Below are positions 1 to 11,890 of a stretch of 64,000 nt of DNA, one piece after another. Each line of letters opens with the position of its first letter. The stretch's first letter is position 1. The stretch covers positions 186,001 to 250,000 of the forward strand of contig CBFFRP010000431.1 of NCBI GenBank assembly GCA_965644295.1, in the 5' to 3' direction. Source of the DNA: Paraphysomonas bandaiensis (lineage: Eukaryota > Protista > Chrysophyceae). A program made the translations under genes and the position numbers. The notes under the pieces are model-generated. The model saw nothing but the letters and a program-made list of their open reading frames with translations. It did no database searches and was not told where the DNA came from.

Positions 1-183
1 ATTCACCTGTCTTGACCCTGCGAGGGCTTGCGGTAACTATGCATTCCCGTAACGCATTTCCTTCGCTCATATGTACTAATATCAGGAGTACGGTGGGTGT
101 CAAGCGCACAGCTAGATGCTGCTCGGTGCCACGTTGGTACGGATGAAGATATTGTCTTTTGCCGCAGGCGTCCACTGTTGTAA
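1..183 (+). CDS. 3' end of a GUCD1-like (C39 peptidase-like) gene, partial
   Basis: Exons 2-32 and 86-183 (GT-AG intron 33-85) read FTCLDPARACGVRWVSSAQLDAARCHVGTDEDIVFCRRRPLL*. The xARxxxGTDEDIxF motif matches the GUCD1 C-terminus. Confidence 0.6.
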
Positions 184-448
184 GCAAAGAATGTCTTATA
201 CGTCAGAAGTCATCTTGTTTTCTCCTTTAGTTTTATAATACGTTCCTTCTATTAGTTTATTTATAAGATGTATATATCCGGCTGTTACATGTAATTTCAC
301 GGGACCGCTTAGCTCATACGAAACTTATTCATGTGTTGCACATATTTATTGTATTAAATTAACACATAATAAAGGTCAAAAAGTATTGTGGCACTAATGC
401 GGGTACCAATAATAGATAATATAAGTCTTTATGAACACACTCTCGTTG

Positions 449-1310
449 TTAACTCCTATGATTAATAACCTTTTCAACCAAATCTGGTAACAATTCTGCA
501 GCGGTGCCTCGCAGATGCATATCGACTACGCCCATAGTAACCAGAGGAGTACGCTCGTCTGGATTTACTTCGATTATAGTGGCCCCTCTCTCCTTGGCGT
601 ATTGCGGCAAAGATGCTGCAGGGTATACCACTGAAGACGTACCCACCACAAGCATTACATCGCCACGAGACAGAGATTTAGCAGCTGTAAGCGATCTAGC
701 CCATTCATTTTGTGGCAGGGATTCCGTGAAGAGAGTTACATCAGGGCGCGGATATCCACCGCAAGACTCGCACTTAGGAGGATTCTTTCGAACTGATTCG
801 TGGAGAGGATCAGGAATGTTGATAGAATCGGCACATTTTATACAGCGGAATCGTTTAATAGTACCATGCACTTCATACACGCTGTCAGGATTAGCCCCAC
901 TAGCTTCATGGAACCCGTCCACATTCATAGTGATAGTCGAATAGTTACCAGTTTTAAACTGTTTCTCTAACCTTGCTAATGCAGTATAACCAACATGAAA
1001 GTTTGCCGATGCGATAGGTTCATAGAATGAACTGAGGAAATATGACCACACAAGTCCAGGAGTTAAGCTCCACCCTGACAAATAAATGATATGTGAAGAC
1101 ATCCATAATAATGCACTCACCAATAGGAGTTCCACCATAAATAATTGCCAAGTTACCAAATATTCCACTCCAGAACCCTCCACTACCTCGAAATGTATCA
1201 ATACCGCTATCCTTAGACATCCCAGCCCCCGTAAAACACACACAACGATTAGCCTCACTAATTTTTTTCGCTGCTAAATTTAACATATCAGTATCAGTAT
1301 TTGTTGACAT
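449..1310 (-). CDS. Sir2-family NAD-dependent deacylase (CobB/class III-like)
   Basis: Motifs GAGMSKDSGIDTFRG, TMNVDGFH, HG, CxxC..CxxC zinc site, RPDVTLF, GTSSVVYPAA and EVNP. One 46-bp intron (1075-1120) joins the two ORFs. Confidence 0.93.
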
Positions 1311-3310
1311 TGAAATCAGGGATTGTTTATTGGATATGTATCTTTTACTATCTACAACAAACAGTGTGGTGTATGGGCCCCTTAATCACACCATCACACA
1401 CACACACATCATAGGGCGCATCTTCTGTAGAAGGTTTCGAACATGGTAGGATTTTTCTGGGATATATACTAATATACTGATACACTTTTGTACATGTACA
1501 GCAGTATACAGTACTACGAATGACTAGCAGAGTGTTCCAGTATTGGTCTAGAAAATGCGACATTTTTAGAAAGCCAGAAAAACTTACGCATGACGAAGAG
1601 GTCACTGTAGATTACAGCCAACTGAAGCCACGACAAAGAGGACATTCCACCCCCACTTAGTTAATAGACACCAACAGTGAACCAGATGATAACAGTTGTA
1701 TTCTTCATTGCATAGAATCGTTTTAATTCTTGTTTTGGTTTCGCTTCATGCGCATTCTCTCTCATTTAGTGACAGCTGTGCACCGTATAGCTGACTGAGA
1801 GATTTCTACAGGAGCAACCATGAACTACATACAAGTCTTAATTTGAGGACACTGACAATACATTAATATGACAGTGATAGTACTGCAACTGAGACAGAAA
1901 CAAATGCAGTGCGACTTCCTTTTTATTGTCTTCATGCGGACGATGTAGTCTTCGAGCAAATAGTGTAAATTTGTATACCCAGAAACACGATAAGAACGAG
2001 CTATTATATACATAGAATAATGAAGCTGTTTCTCGGTTGATGTGCGTGGTAAAACTTTTGCTTTTGATGAAAACGAATCGAGAGTAGGTACTGTCGCATG
2101 GAGAACCGCGTGAGGAATTTAGGTTGCTTTCAGATTTGGCAACTGCTGCTAAGGATCCAGCAGTAATGGTTGCTTGCTTCTGCATGACATACACTTCGAT
2201 AGCAGTTCAAATATAAACGGTGAGAGGACACGCACCAGGATCCTTACTTTAAAGAAGGGCGGTGAATTGTCACCCTCAGTAGCTACTGGTGGATTGTTCT
2301 AGTCGGTGGAGTGTAGCAATACAATATGCACACCCCTTTTGATATCAAAAGGGTATACTTGCCGTGTCAGAGTCAAAATAGGAAGAAATAGTTAACATAC
2401 TGACTCTTGAAATGCATAGAGGGTGTCTCACTGATATGAAATGCAAGGTTACAAAACCTTGTTGCCTATTCCTGTGCAGCTGTAACTATAGTTAGTAGAT
2501 AGGCTACTTCTTAGTAGCTTATCACAAAATGGCAAATTTTGATATTGTACACAACAAAACATAATACGAGTTGCATCCATGCAGGTCCGATGTCTGCACC
2601 ATATGATAAATTATAACAGGATAGGCGGGTGATATATACTTAACCAAGTGAAATTAATTGAATAACGTAGTCAAAACGTCAAAACTATCTAAAAGGTAAT
2701 AAATAATTCAATATCTGCATTTATTTATAATGACTAGGTAAGTACCATAGCATCTAGTTATCCTGGTCAACCTAGTTATTGTAAACGGAAAATAGTAATT
2801 ATGCAATGACTAGATTTTCAACCCCTTGACAAGGTTTTTACGTTTCACACTATTTCTGGTCTGACTATGAAAGTACCAGGGCCTGGTAACCGTTAATGGT
2901 AATGGCATTGCCTTTATAATCGCCGGAACATTTTTCATTAGTCCATTATAGCTGACTAGGCTCAACAGTAGATTCTGAATAGGTGTGGCTGCTAATAAAT
3001 TGAGTTGCACTATCAACACTAGTCCATATACGGAGCTAGCGGATAATTGGTATTTATTAATTAATACGAAATTCCTACAGCACTATTAGGACTTGCAGAC
3101 CCTGGTGCACACTTCCCCTGCCAAAACTAGCTTGCGTTGTGTTATCGGGAATTGGCTAATGCTTTGACCTACGTAGCAATGTTCCGTCTAGCCCGCTATG
3201 AAACGCTCAGCTACATCTTTTCTAACAGATTCTAATCATTATTATCGACGTCATCAGGTGCAGGCAACTATTAGAATCGACGAAGCATATCAGTATCCGC
3301 TACCAATATC

Positions 3311-4213
3311 TCAGTCAATATCGACATTAGGTTTATTTACTATCTTCGGTGGCCTCCTTGGGGGTCTCGTCCTTCTTGACATCAAGAGCAGCAACAGCCT
3401 CGGCAGCTTCGTCAGCCTCGGCTTTGCCAGCAGTGTCATCAGCACCGGCCATGATGGCTTCCATATCCTTCTGACTCTTGGTAAATACCTCCTTGAACTC
3501 AGTGGCTCCTGCAGCGTCCCCAAATTTCACGGCAAAGGTCTAAAATCGAAAATAGTAGTTACATTTCCACTCAGAATATTCACTACACGTTTACCTTCTC
3601 CACGAGCTCACCATCGGCGAAATCGAAAGCATTCCACACCCAGGAGCGATCAGATGCACCGGCGTTGGCTTTCAGGACGATACGAGGGTCTACAATGTGG
3701 TTACAGATAACCTTCATAGTCTTCTCCTGTCGCATTAGAGCTCTAATGTGAGAGGTTTCGCGGTGCCTAGTATTGGTGTTACACAAGAGTTGCGACGAAT
3801 AATAAACAAACGTACTTCAAAATTTTCATCTCTCCAGTACCACGCTCGTTCCATGTTTTAATGCCAGTATCTTTGTTCAGGAGAGACTCACCGTACTGAA
3901 ACAACTTGGCACGACTGTAGAAAACCGATCAAACACACAACAACAATCCAGTCAATGCAATACCGAACAAAGAGTACATCTTCATCTTCTTCATGAGTTT
4001 TCACTTCCACTTCTTCTAAGTGAACTATAGGAGTAAAAACAGCAGTTGATTCTTCCTGCATTATTATTCATTATAAGTCGGGGATTACAATATACATATC
4101 CCTATCTTTACCTCAGGGTTAGCATCATCATCCCCCTCGGCTTCCGTTGCCACCTTTTCCTCCTCTACGTCCTTGGGCTTTTCTTCGCCTTCCTTAGGTA
4201 CAAAATCAGACAT
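3311..4213 (-). CDS. RANBP1: Ran-binding protein 1
   Basis: Spliced exons give EVKTHEEDEDVLF, RAKLF, WNERGTGEMKILKH, LMRQEKTMKVICNH, SDRSWVW, DFADGE and FAVKF, followed by an acidic tail. About 4 short introns. Confidence 0.93.
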
Positions 4214-4889
4214 TATCAATACCACTGTCAATTATAATAATTCGAAGGTTTAAGTTTCGATATTATCACTATTATTACATGGAGACTTTCACGACAATCT
4301 ATGTGACTGAAAGCCGCAATTCACGAAAGAAATCTTAAACCGACATTTTCATTTTTTCGAAAAAGTTATGGAAGTTGGTGGCCATTCCAGAGCGCAGTGT
4401 GGTATGTTGTATGTCATACAATGTATTCGGTAGTTGTGTACACTTCCCTGCGTACCTGTGTATCTACCAATATACATACATGGGTACAAGAGGCACCTCG
4501 ACCACAGGTTTTAGAGCTAAAAACCACCGAAATACAGTACAAAAAAACTGAGAGGGGTGTTTTTTCGTTCAATTCTATACAGCAGTATATCCATACTGCT
4601 GGTGTACAATTTTTTTACGTATACAGTACAGCTCTCTCTATACACGTACAGTATGTTAGGTATAGTACTTGTAGTATGTAGTGTGTAGTATGGTATGTGC
4701 TGTATGCTGTATATGAGATTACTGTTACAGAGTCTGCAGATCTAATCACATATATGCATATGTAGCTACAGATTATTCTTTCCAACACATCACTACATAT
4801 ATACACACCCTCTCCATCATATGATACATGATATCCTCCACATATTCTGTGTATTGTAACACTCGACATACTATCATTATATTATTAAT

Positions 4890-7800
4890 ATGACTGAAAC
4901 CATTAAAGAGATTAAAGATAAGCTCATCTCATTAGGAGTAGACACAACTACACCTGGTCTTAAAGGTGAACAAAGACGAGAAGAGTTAATTAATCGTTTA
5001 GAAGAAGCTCTTCTTCATCAAGATGAGAGTGTTTCACATGAAAATAATGATGAATTAGAGAGTATTGTAACAACTAAATTCTCAGTGCCGTCTATGGCGG
5101 ATCTCTCAATGGCAGAGCTCAGATCAAGACTAGCGATCTTAGGAGAGGTTAGTTATCATATTAATAGTTTAGTATGAGTAGGAAGTTTATGTACTTACTG
5201 ATTGATAGAGTACTTCTACTCCTGGATTGTCTGGTGAGAAACGTCGAGCAGAGCTGATGAAACGAATGGTGAACGCTATTTGCCGTAACGAAGACAGTGG
5301 TGACAGTATGATTGACGATATTGTGCAATCCATGGAGGTATATACTGACCTTAAAACATGATTTAGAGCAATTTCTGATGTTGATGATGCACAGTATGGT
5401 TCACCCAGTAAGAGTGATGTTGTGGACGGGTCTAGTCCAAGGAGTGCTGAAGGAACCATAGAAAATACAGACTCTGCAGTGGAAGATGCACCAGGGGAAA
5501 CATTGAATGACCGCCTTGGCCGCATGAGGCAGCTGGAGAAAAAGAAGCTGTCGGAACTTGGGGAGGCTAAAAAGAGGCTTAATGCTTTAGTGAACAAACG
5601 AGCAATGGTTATATCTGGCCGCTTTTCAGGCCCAATGCAGGACGAAAGACTTCGAGATACCACAAAGCTGCTGGCGGATACAGAGTCTGAAATATCTCGA
5701 ATATCCGGTCTTAAAAAGCGGATGGCCAAGCAGGGTGGGGGAAAGGCGATGGTATCTAGTCCGGTTATCGAGAATGGAAGCACAATGACAGCTGATAAAT
5801 TGCTTGTGAAGCTTGAAACTTCCCGGCACAGTGCTAAAGAAAAGGTAAGGATAAAATAATATATAGCTTTATTATTATCGAGAGTTTGACTTATATGATA
5901 TTCATTCTGTACATTAGGTAAAATGGCATAAGTCTCGCATCCGTTGTGAAGAGGAAGGAAATGAGTACTATGGCGCGGAGGCGGAGGAGATCGAGCAGGC
6001 AAGAGTACAGGAGCTGAGTTATTCAATATCTAAGATTAAGAGAGACATGGAGAAACTTGCTGCTGGTATGCACGTGGACGATATACAAGAAGAGGATGAG
6101 GTTGAGAAGAGGAGTTCGACGCACTCTCCGGCAGCAGCATCTGCCACCGACGTGCCAGACGGACTATTTCAAAAACAGAGGGAATACTCTCAAGAGGATG
6201 AGCCCCACGCAAAACAACAAAAAAAGGCGCCTGATGAAGCAAAGGTACAGAAAACTCAGAAAGCATCTGGATCTGGACAGTATCTCACCACGGATTTGGA
6301 CCTAGATGCTTTCAAACCCTTCCAGCCATACAAAGAGGAAGAAGAGGACGATGTGCTCAAGCTTAAAATGGAAATGTTGCGGAACCGTCACAAAGCTGTC
6401 AAGGAGCAGGCAAGTGGGATGATGGCAGCGAAACTTGCACTGTCGGCAGAGCGCACATCTTCTATAAAAGAGGAGAACAAACGAAATGAAAATGATACAC
6501 CTGCGGTGTCAGAACCGAAAGTAGAATCCAAAGACCACACGACACCAGAGCCAAAATGCAGTATTCTTAGTGGTTCGACTGCTTTCTCTGCATTCAGTCG
6601 ACCTAATCCTAACCGCACCGTACGGCATCAGACTTCTCCTCCCCCAATAAAACAAATGCAGGAGACAGTTAATGCGAATGATTGCCTGCTAGACGACAAC
6701 ACCGGCGCCATGGGAAGTAGTTATCATCACGAGGATGAAGCTGCTAAGGGATTATATAAGGCTGATAGTCCACCCAGTGGGACCGATGTCACTGCGGGGA
6801 ATTCGAATGAGGGGAATTCAACGAATGCTAATGCTGCCGATCCCACTGAGGCGAAGGACAGCACTTGTGCGAGTGAGAATGAGTATGTACGTACACCTCC
6901 AAAAGCCCAGACTGTGGGAATATTACAAGAAGGATCCGACAGTGAGAGCAGCACAGGTGAAGACGAGGATGAGGAAGAAGCAGCAGAACAAACAAAAGCA
7001 CTTAGAGATCACGCCCGGGTACTCGAGAGAAAAGGTAATTATCTGATACCTGTGTATGGCATGTATTATTTTGTTGCATCTTATAAGTTAAAATTTAGGC
7101 GATTATGATGCTGTGGAAGAGTTGTATGTCAGGGCGTTGAGTCTGGTAAAACTATTGCATCTTAACTGAACTCATGTATTTAATTTTGTATGATCAGAGC
7201 CCCACTGATGTTCGAACTCTTGATGCCTTTGCCACGTTTCTCCATCGACGCAAAGGGGAAATGGGGCGAGCTGAAGCATTTTACCGTAGGTACGACTATA
7301 GTTTCTTTTTGTGAGTTATGTAATTGTATTTGAAGAGCAATCCAGGTCAGCATTCCTTCTATGGTGGCAGACATCTCTTCTCCACGAGTAGGTTATAAGG
7401 CCGCCATTGACAGCCCTATCGATAAACCAACCGGTAATTTCGATGTTACCGTATTTATGTCTATAGTGAAGGACTTCTGTAGATGTGCCCGTTGACCCAC
7501 CTTCTGGCGGTGTGCGAGTGAAGTCTCTCACAACGATGCTTTTGCACTTTGCGGCCTTTCTTCGACGAGCTAAGGGCGACCTTGCTGTCGCTGAGACTGT
7601 GTTGCGAAAGGCTGTTGAAATCTCTCCAAATGATGCAGTGGTTCTTGGGACCTGTGCTCATCTCCTTGCTGAGGAGGCAGATGAAAGTGGCAGCGATGTC
7701 GCAGTGAAGAATAAACAAGATGCAGCAGAAATATTTCAGAGGGCCATGAAGGCTGACCCGTCTAATGTCAACAACATGCTCTGGTATGCTAAGTTTCTCC

Positions 7801-8749
7801 GGAAAACAGGGAAGATTGCGCAAGTAAGTGCTGAATCGCTATTTTGTATCTAAAGTAATACGTCCAGGCCGAAGTTATGTTCAAAGTTGCTATCCAAAAA
7901 TCGAATGGCGAGGGCAAAGTAGGAGCAACCGCTATATGCAACTATGCTGTATTTCTTTATCGCCAGAAACACAGACCAGAAGAAGCCGCAGCACTATTTT
8001 GCCATGGGATTGAGAAGTGTGTACTTGTGTCGTTGTGTTGTTTGCTGTTTATGTCATAATCATATAGGTTTCCTAGCCACAAGGGAATGATTAAAAATTA
8101 CAAAGCCTTGAAAAAAGATCTTGAAAGAGCAACAGCAACCCTAAAGCCGTCTGACCGTGGCCGGCCTGAGGCTCCTCCCCTCCCTCCTCCTTCAGAAAAT
8201 GGTACTGAAAGTGCTGGTCCCGATAGTGGAGGAAAGGATAGTAGTAGACGAGGTGGCGTGAAAGAGCGACTCTATACTATGATATCAGAATCTGAGTTTG
8301 ACTCTTGCGTGGAGATATCACTTCTGCAGGTCACGTGCTCGGAGTTGACAACAGATATCGGCAATTGTGAGGTTTACTGGACAGTGTTATGGGGTTCTGG
8401 TGATGATCAGTTCTATCGGAGTTGTAGCAAAAGCGTGTGCGATTCAGATAAATCTGTTCTATGGACTTTGTCGTCACGGTATAACATTGACTCAGATGCT
8501 GACAACTCGCCATCAATTGTGGTGGCACTGGACGACCATCTCTGCTTTGAGCTTTACACAACGAACGACGATGGGGTAGTAGATGGAAAATTTATTGGGT
8601 CTGTAATATACCCGATAGAGGACATGATGCACAGTAGTGACATAGTAAGAAATGACATGTATTATATAGAGGAAACTATTATGAGCGACGATGACAATGT
8701 TATGGGTCAGTTTCAGGCCCAACTGAAGTTTAGTAGACATTCGTCATAG
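4890..8749 (+). CDS. Multi-exon protein: 2x SAP/LEM-like motif, coiled coil, acidic disordered region, TPR/HAT repeats, C-terminal C2-like domain
   Basis: TPR-like helices (AETVLRKAVEISPND, AAEIFQRAMKADPSN, CNYAVFL). The C-terminus has C2-like beta strands (LCFELY..KFIGSVIYPI). ORFs are linked by GT-AG introns. Confidence 0.75.
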
Positions 8750-9014
8750 TAGTATGGATATGATGAGCCAGGGCTAGATGCCTTGGTGTCACATTTAATT
8801 TTAACTTAGATACCCGTGACTTAATTGTATTTACTTAATAATTTCTGTTGAGTATATGTAACACTTGTTGGTGCAGTAATATATTTGTCCCTACTATTTT
8901 TTACAGAAGTTCCTATTACACTATGATGTACCATTGGTTCCTACTATATTTTGCTGATGTTCCTATCGAATAAAATATAGCAGCTGAGCCTACTAATTTT
9001 TAAAGATATTCTTC

Positions 9015-9175
9015 CTTCAACAAAGTCGGACTCGTACCTTCCCGTGGTGTTTAGGGGGATAAGTACCGGAGATGTTTCTCCGGGAAAATAACGTAGGTCG
9101 CATTTATATAGTCAGCAGATATTGTTCTGCCCACTCGTAGCCAAATGCTTGTGCGGTGCAAGGGACACTAAATGT
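9015..9175 (+). repeat. Dispersed ~160-bp structured repeat, copy A
   Basis: Reverse-complement homolog at ~35975-36137. Contains hairpins CCGGAGA-tgtt-TCTCCGG and GCAGA-tattgt-TCTGC. Confidence 0.8.
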
Positions 9176-9438
9176 CGAGGTAATAACAAAACCTGGTGAT
9201 ATGCATAAGATCTGATGGTCGGACATGGGTATAAATATGCACAATAACTAACTATGAAGATATTTTAATAGTGTGAAGAATATTATTTATAGTATTAATT
9301 ACTACTTTCTTATATATATATATTACTTCAATTCTACAGCAATAAAAGTCAGGCTTGCGTAACAATTAATTGGCAGTTAATTGGTGACAGGTGTCCAACA
9401 ATAATAATTGCAATTATTATAATCAAGCATCCAATTAT

Positions 9439-9963
9439 CCGACTCCAGACACACGTGCACACCTCACAGGTCCTACCCGACAGAGCACTGGACTGCCCAG
9501 ACCTCCACAACGCCGACGGCTTCGACAACTCTATCTACACCCGCGGCCCCACAGGAGCACAGTAACACAGACTACAAACCCAACTCCTCCCAACAATCCC
9601 CGCCACTCTCAACCCACACATCTGGAACTAGGTGCACTCAGGACCCTAATTCAGAATGCTGAGCCCCCTCCAAAACCAATGGAGACCCATCCCAAAGAGG
9701 GAGACCCCCAGATCAAAAGCGCCGGTGAGTCCACGGACACACGATAAAGGCGAATTTCATATCACACAAAAAGAACGGAAGTGGTTGCACCTTGGTGCTT
9801 GCGGCGACGCACAAGCAGCTTTCGTAGCGTTAAATAGTAGGATAAAAGAGTTTGTATTGATTAGTTACGGGTAGTGGTCTAACTAGTATGACTAGCATTC
9901 TTCTAGCCACTAATTGATGCAAGGTCTCAACGCCTATTGCTAAATAATCAGACATTCACTACT
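9439..9963 (+). mobile_element. Putative 5'-truncated non-LTR retroposon fragment flanked by a 59-bp direct duplication
   Basis: Exact repeats at 9380-9438 and 9964-10022. The insert is C/A-rich broken coding sequence followed by an AT-richer UTR-like tail ending AAATAATCAGACATTCACTACT. Confidence 0.5.
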
Positions 9964-10069
9964 ATTGGTGACAGGTGTCCAACAATAATAATTGCAATTA
10001 TTATAATCAAGCATCCAATTATTGGCAATGCAATTAATTGGCAATATTGCCAATTAATTGCCTCTTTCA

Positions 10070-10538
10070 TTCTATTGATAGATTTTAGAATAACTTTCTG
10101 ACCTATAATCTCATCCCAAAAAGAAGCATTAACATTTTCACGCAGAAAATTCAATATTTCAAGGTGTCTAGGTGTCCTTCGCTTGCAAAAATCTAGTCAT
10201 GACAATCTTAGCTCTGCTATAAACAACCTCCTCTCACAAACATTGGTAGTGCTATAATACAAATACTTCATGCAACGATATCGTGTTGGAAGTTTGATGC
10301 GTGCTTTTTGGTGCTTTCGGTTGTCTTTAAGTATACGAATGACCTCGTCTTCCTCCTCCTCATTTTTCTCTTCATGATCAAGTTCACCTTCGTGTGCAGG
10401 TACATCATTTATAAAAAAGCGTCGCACCTGTACTTTTTCAGCGCGGTTCAGTTCTTCTTCCCTACCGCGCTGAATTTTTACTACTGCTCTCTCGAAATCT
10501 GCATTTTGAACGATTTCACCCACCAGGTGAAATTTCAT
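10070..10538 (-). pseudogene. Degenerate hAT transposase C-terminal/dimerisation fragment
   Basis: IVQNADFERAVVKIQ..EELNRAEK, then STTNVCERRLF..RTPRHLEILNFLREN..FW. This resembles the (T/S)NxxERxFS..R..L..FE.LxFLxxN..W hAT end, with a stop and frameshift. Confidence 0.75.
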
Positions 10539-11182
10539 CAGAGTTGTCTATATTGTGCATCGTCCATTTCTTGCATGGCCAGACAGTTGGACCATATATG
10601 CTCTGTTGGAATTACGACAGGGAGCGCATTTTGCGGAACGATTGGCTCAGCACTGAGACAAGACTACACGGCCATAGGGAATTCTGTCAATATGGCTGCG
10701 CGGCTAATGGGTAAAGCTCGCGGAGGAATATTAGTGGACTATGCAACACAATCTACTCTTCCCGACATAGTTAAAACATATCTCGATATGAGTAAGCCCC
10801 TGCAACTTAAAGGTTCTACTGAACCCGTTACGCCGTTCGTCGTTCGCATGGAGGATCTTGATGGGGAAAGTCTAGAGGATTTATTCAACCGTGTCCTCAA
10901 GACGTTTTCTGCACATCAACGGGATGAGACACTAGATAACCCGGAAAATAGTGATTCAGACTCTCATAGACCAATGGTCTACGCTGCCACAGACTCGAGT
11001 ACTTTACGAACTAACCTAAATGAGGATATTGTGGACAGTCTGCATCGTGCGATGGATGTACTATTAGAACGAGGATACGGAGGAAGTCAGCACCGACGGT
11101 CTTCTATGAGTGACAGATATTCTGATGATGGATATGGAAATAAGATGCAGTGTATAGTGCTGGAGGGCAGTCAGGGCATGGT
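10539..11182 (+). pseudogene. Duplicated fragment of adenylate cyclase exon 2 (copy of 15212-15853)
   Basis: About 640 bp nearly identical to the source, with 4 substitutions and a 2-bp insertion seen by eye. Confidence 0.95.
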
Positions 11183-11890
11183 AAGAATTTTGACGGTACT
11201 AAAAATTGAAATTACGCATGTGTTTACGTAATTACTGAATAAATATACCAATATATTGCAATAGTATTGTTGGTCAGATTGAAACGACTCCATCAATAAT
11301 ATTGATGGGACGCTATCTAACAATAGTATTGCAATATATTGATATATATTGTTCCCTAGCCCTGCTTGCTGCTTGAGATCTTGAGACGTATAAAGTGATT
11401 ACTGGTAAGGTGCAATGGTCGCATAATATTTGTGGTTACAAAATTGCCTTATGCGACGATGTATATATGAAAACACACAATTACAACTTGATTACTTAAA
11501 TAGTTTCGACCTGATTGGTGGTCGTTGTATGTGTAAGTAAATATATCAGTAATATCTTAAGTCGACGATAGCTCAAGATGCTGTTCTATATAGTTTGCTT
11601 TATTCGTAAAAGATAATTGGATATCAATAACACATACATTATTTAATAGCCGAGTGATGCTATACATGCCAATGTCATGAGATGTAGAATAGGCATTATA
11701 TTCTACGCAATGTTAAAGGTTGAGTGACTGCAGTGCAGAGTAATATGGAGTTTAGCAAGAGTTGATATCATTTAGCCGATAAGCTACGATACAGAAAATA
11801 CTTGTATACTGCTGTACATGGCAAATACAACTATCCTACCAGTCGTTGTTAAAAAAACTCCTACCCAAAACCTTGGATCGGAAGCCTACT

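Larger units (their letters stand above)
9350..11364 (-). mobile_element. hAT-derived non-autonomous composite element with a captured host exon fragment
   Basis: Ends CAGGCTTGCGTAACAAT (9350) and rc CAGGGCTAGGGAACAAT (11364) form an imperfect TIR. It has AT-rich palindromic subterminal repeats and an internal hAT transposase remnant. No 8-bp TSD found. Confidence 0.55.

Noticed and set aside
1825-3019. Short ORFs and a 20-bp palindrome (2334-2353)
   Set aside because: No recognisable motifs or splice-consistent model; probably decayed TE or intergenic DNA.
5187-6954. Antisense ORFs over real genes (here and throughout the window)
   Set aside because: Shadows of coding sequence on the opposite strand.
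8769-8777. CAGGGCTAG as a perfect TIR partner of 11356-11364
   Set aside because: Only 9 bp, no 8-bp TSD (TGATGAGC vs CTTGCTGC), no subterminal repeats, and it sits 20 bp after a stop codon. The end at 9350 is preferred.
10308-11231. 307-aa ORF as a second cyclase gene
   Set aside because: Chimera of antisense transposase and the captured exon piece; lacks C1 and a true start.
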